Shown here piece after piece: positions 63,401 through 64,000 of a stretch of DNA of 64,000 nucleotides. Source of the DNA: Monocercomonoides exilis PA203. Taxonomy: Eukaryota; Protista; Preaxostyla. The notes under the pieces are model-generated. The model was not told the origin of the DNA and searched no databases. It saw nothing but the letters and a program-made list of their open reading frames with translations. Numbering within the stretch: position 1 is the stretch's first letter; the number at the start of each line of letters is the position of its first letter. The DNA is taken from the NCBI GenBank assembly GCA_001643675.2, contig LSRY02000027.1, forward strand, positions 310,001-374,000, in the 5' to 3' direction. A program made the translations under genes and the position numbers.

Positions 63401-64000
63401 CTTCTTCATCAAACAACATTACTTCGACACAAAAACCATCAAATTCTTCCTCTTCTTCTTCCCCTTCCTCTTCCTCTTTATCTTTATCTTCCTCCTCTTC
63501 TTCCTCTTTATCTTCCTCCTCTTCTTCCTCTTTATCTTCTTCTTCCTCCTCTTCTCCATCTATTTTGTATCCAACCCCCCAAAAGCCTCTTTCCGACAGC
63601 TCCTCCACTCCTTCTGCCAGCCCCACCAGCACATCCACTTCATCTTCTTCTTCTGCCCCTTCTTTCACTCCCTCTCGCATCCTCCGCTCAACCCCTCCCC
63701 CTTTAATTATGCCTTTTTCTTCTCAATCATCATTGTCTTCATTGTCTTCATTGTCTTCTTCTTCTCTCTCTTCATCTTCTCTTGCACAATCACTTGGGAT
63801 TGGAATAGGATCATCTTCAAATGGAGATAGTTTTGCTTCTTCTTCTTTCTTCTCCTCTGTCCTTCCTCCATTCAATCTCGAAGATTCCTTATCTTCTTCA
63901 GTATCATCATCATCCTCCTCTTCCTCTTCTTCTTCTTCCAACCCAGATTCCATTGATGATTCATCCTCCTCTTCCCCCTCCTCCCCCGCCACCCCCTCCT
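60493..64000 (+). CDS. Low-complexity Glu/Lys- and Ser-rich protein, 3' end beyond the window
   Basis: ATG at 60493 (MQNSQKGKQQLPPQ...). The frame appears open to the window end, which explains its absence from the ORF track. No recognisable domain. Confidence 0.75.
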   Translation, partial: MQNSQKGKQQLPPQNSTSIFQTFQHSDSSKKRVRAVGLIRTQVSPMLSTPSPIQQKFTPPYHKTFSVTPSPSYSSSKFSPSLSKMESISSNSQNDTSNLLAKYAKDLDNKGPIFAHRNVSPKTLNQHHHFSKHDSSTINPPQVISTSIQQKPQMEITSKSKIPSKNQVLHPNIFKLSTAKDKNLITTKSFSILPQNSTATKQENRYNPKKIETSVCDSFERNAQDNQKFELLDDQNHQEPSHSKENRNKARTSSKVRKIENDESPELCERNPQKSMFFGKDKAMRLLKSNPSSTDSHAEHENVEAHQQHSDEASELKRKKGEKKEINKKQNDLKEENQADDDNQNESSIFAPDSVEMKEEDRNATSINKTEPPQKEERESRSEENSIEEEEGGKGERGRGREKGRGRREEEEESEDVIAVEEEKGSRTRKQKKLAAKAGKSKRRREKEEEEEKEEEEGDDDDGNDDGEYKESRSKKSAITSTNRSERLSQRRRKIENAEIIEDSPTTSSFSMPATSFSPSLSPSLSPSSSFSPSSSLSPSLSPSFSPSQTPFHQFSQTPSPSPSPSSSAHVSNSSSPFLTPSSSPDRSLSQTKRYSPSLIDRRRHREERGGRRGGRGGRGGREEKEEEEEEEEKGERGGKEEEEEEEEKEGSKKTKRGKDKRSSRKGKKEEDKEEDKEEGEEEERKGNEKEEGNKGESEMKVNKQKVGKTNRKIVIEKDEETTEEEKEDKKEEKEEEGKEEEKGKNEEEEEEEEEENKEKEKQRQKRRRYNKSVIAIDSPDTSEEEEEEDKEEKEGKEEKEEKDEKEKEKEKEKKEKVNEATNISKSANKPKESLGTEIEQTQIENSEADATLPVSSFGASFSFTSPFIHQNTSKVTSSDSSSPSTTTASSSSSSSSSSLSPTSSSSLSSSPTSSSASAASSLPSTKSGNEEINSTDSPQTKEKIPSSASSSQTTSSSTASPSSSSYSASSSSNNITSTQKPSNSSSSSSPSSSSLSLSSSSSSSLSSSSSSSLSSSSSSSPSILYPTPQKPLSDSSSTPSASPTSTSTSSSSSAPSFTPSRILRSTPPPLIMPFSSQSSLSSLSSLSSSSLSSSSLAQSLGIGIGSSSNGDSFASSSFFSSVLPPFNLEDSLSSSVSSSSSSSSSSSSNPDSIDDSSSSSPSSPATPS

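Noticed and set aside
1-64000. rRNA, tRNA, CRISPR arrays, telomeric repeats
   Set aside because: None recognised by eye; a tRNAscan-SE/Infernal run would be needed to exclude small RNAs.

Overview
Eukaryotic genomic window: AT-rich intergenic DNA, short GT-AG introns, the standard genetic code, and many poly-Ser/Glu insertions. The gene families and sequence style point to the amitochondriate oxymonad Monocercomonoides (inference from recalled family motifs; no search was run). Genes: an ARMH3/C10orf76-like protein running off the left edge; a very long ER/K-repeat plus Ser-rich protein; a CTFxP-repeat protein; an intronless P-loop GTPase; a B-box/coiled-coil protein; a WGR-like/regulatory/catalytic PARP; a class IV aminotransferase; a ~4100-aa single-pass receptor pseudokinase; a bacterial-type GH3 beta-glucosidase; a prominin-like membrane protein; and a low-complexity ORF running off the right edge. 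The main structure invisible to the ORF track is a nest of non-autonomous DNA transposons at ~18.3-24.1 kb. It includes a 3536-bp hAT-type element with perfect 15-bp TIRs and a perfect 8-bp TSD that carries a decayed, intron-containing host gene, plus three MITE-like families. A separate 1002-bp fold-back element with apparently perfect 373-bp arms sits 92 bp upstream of the giant receptor gene.
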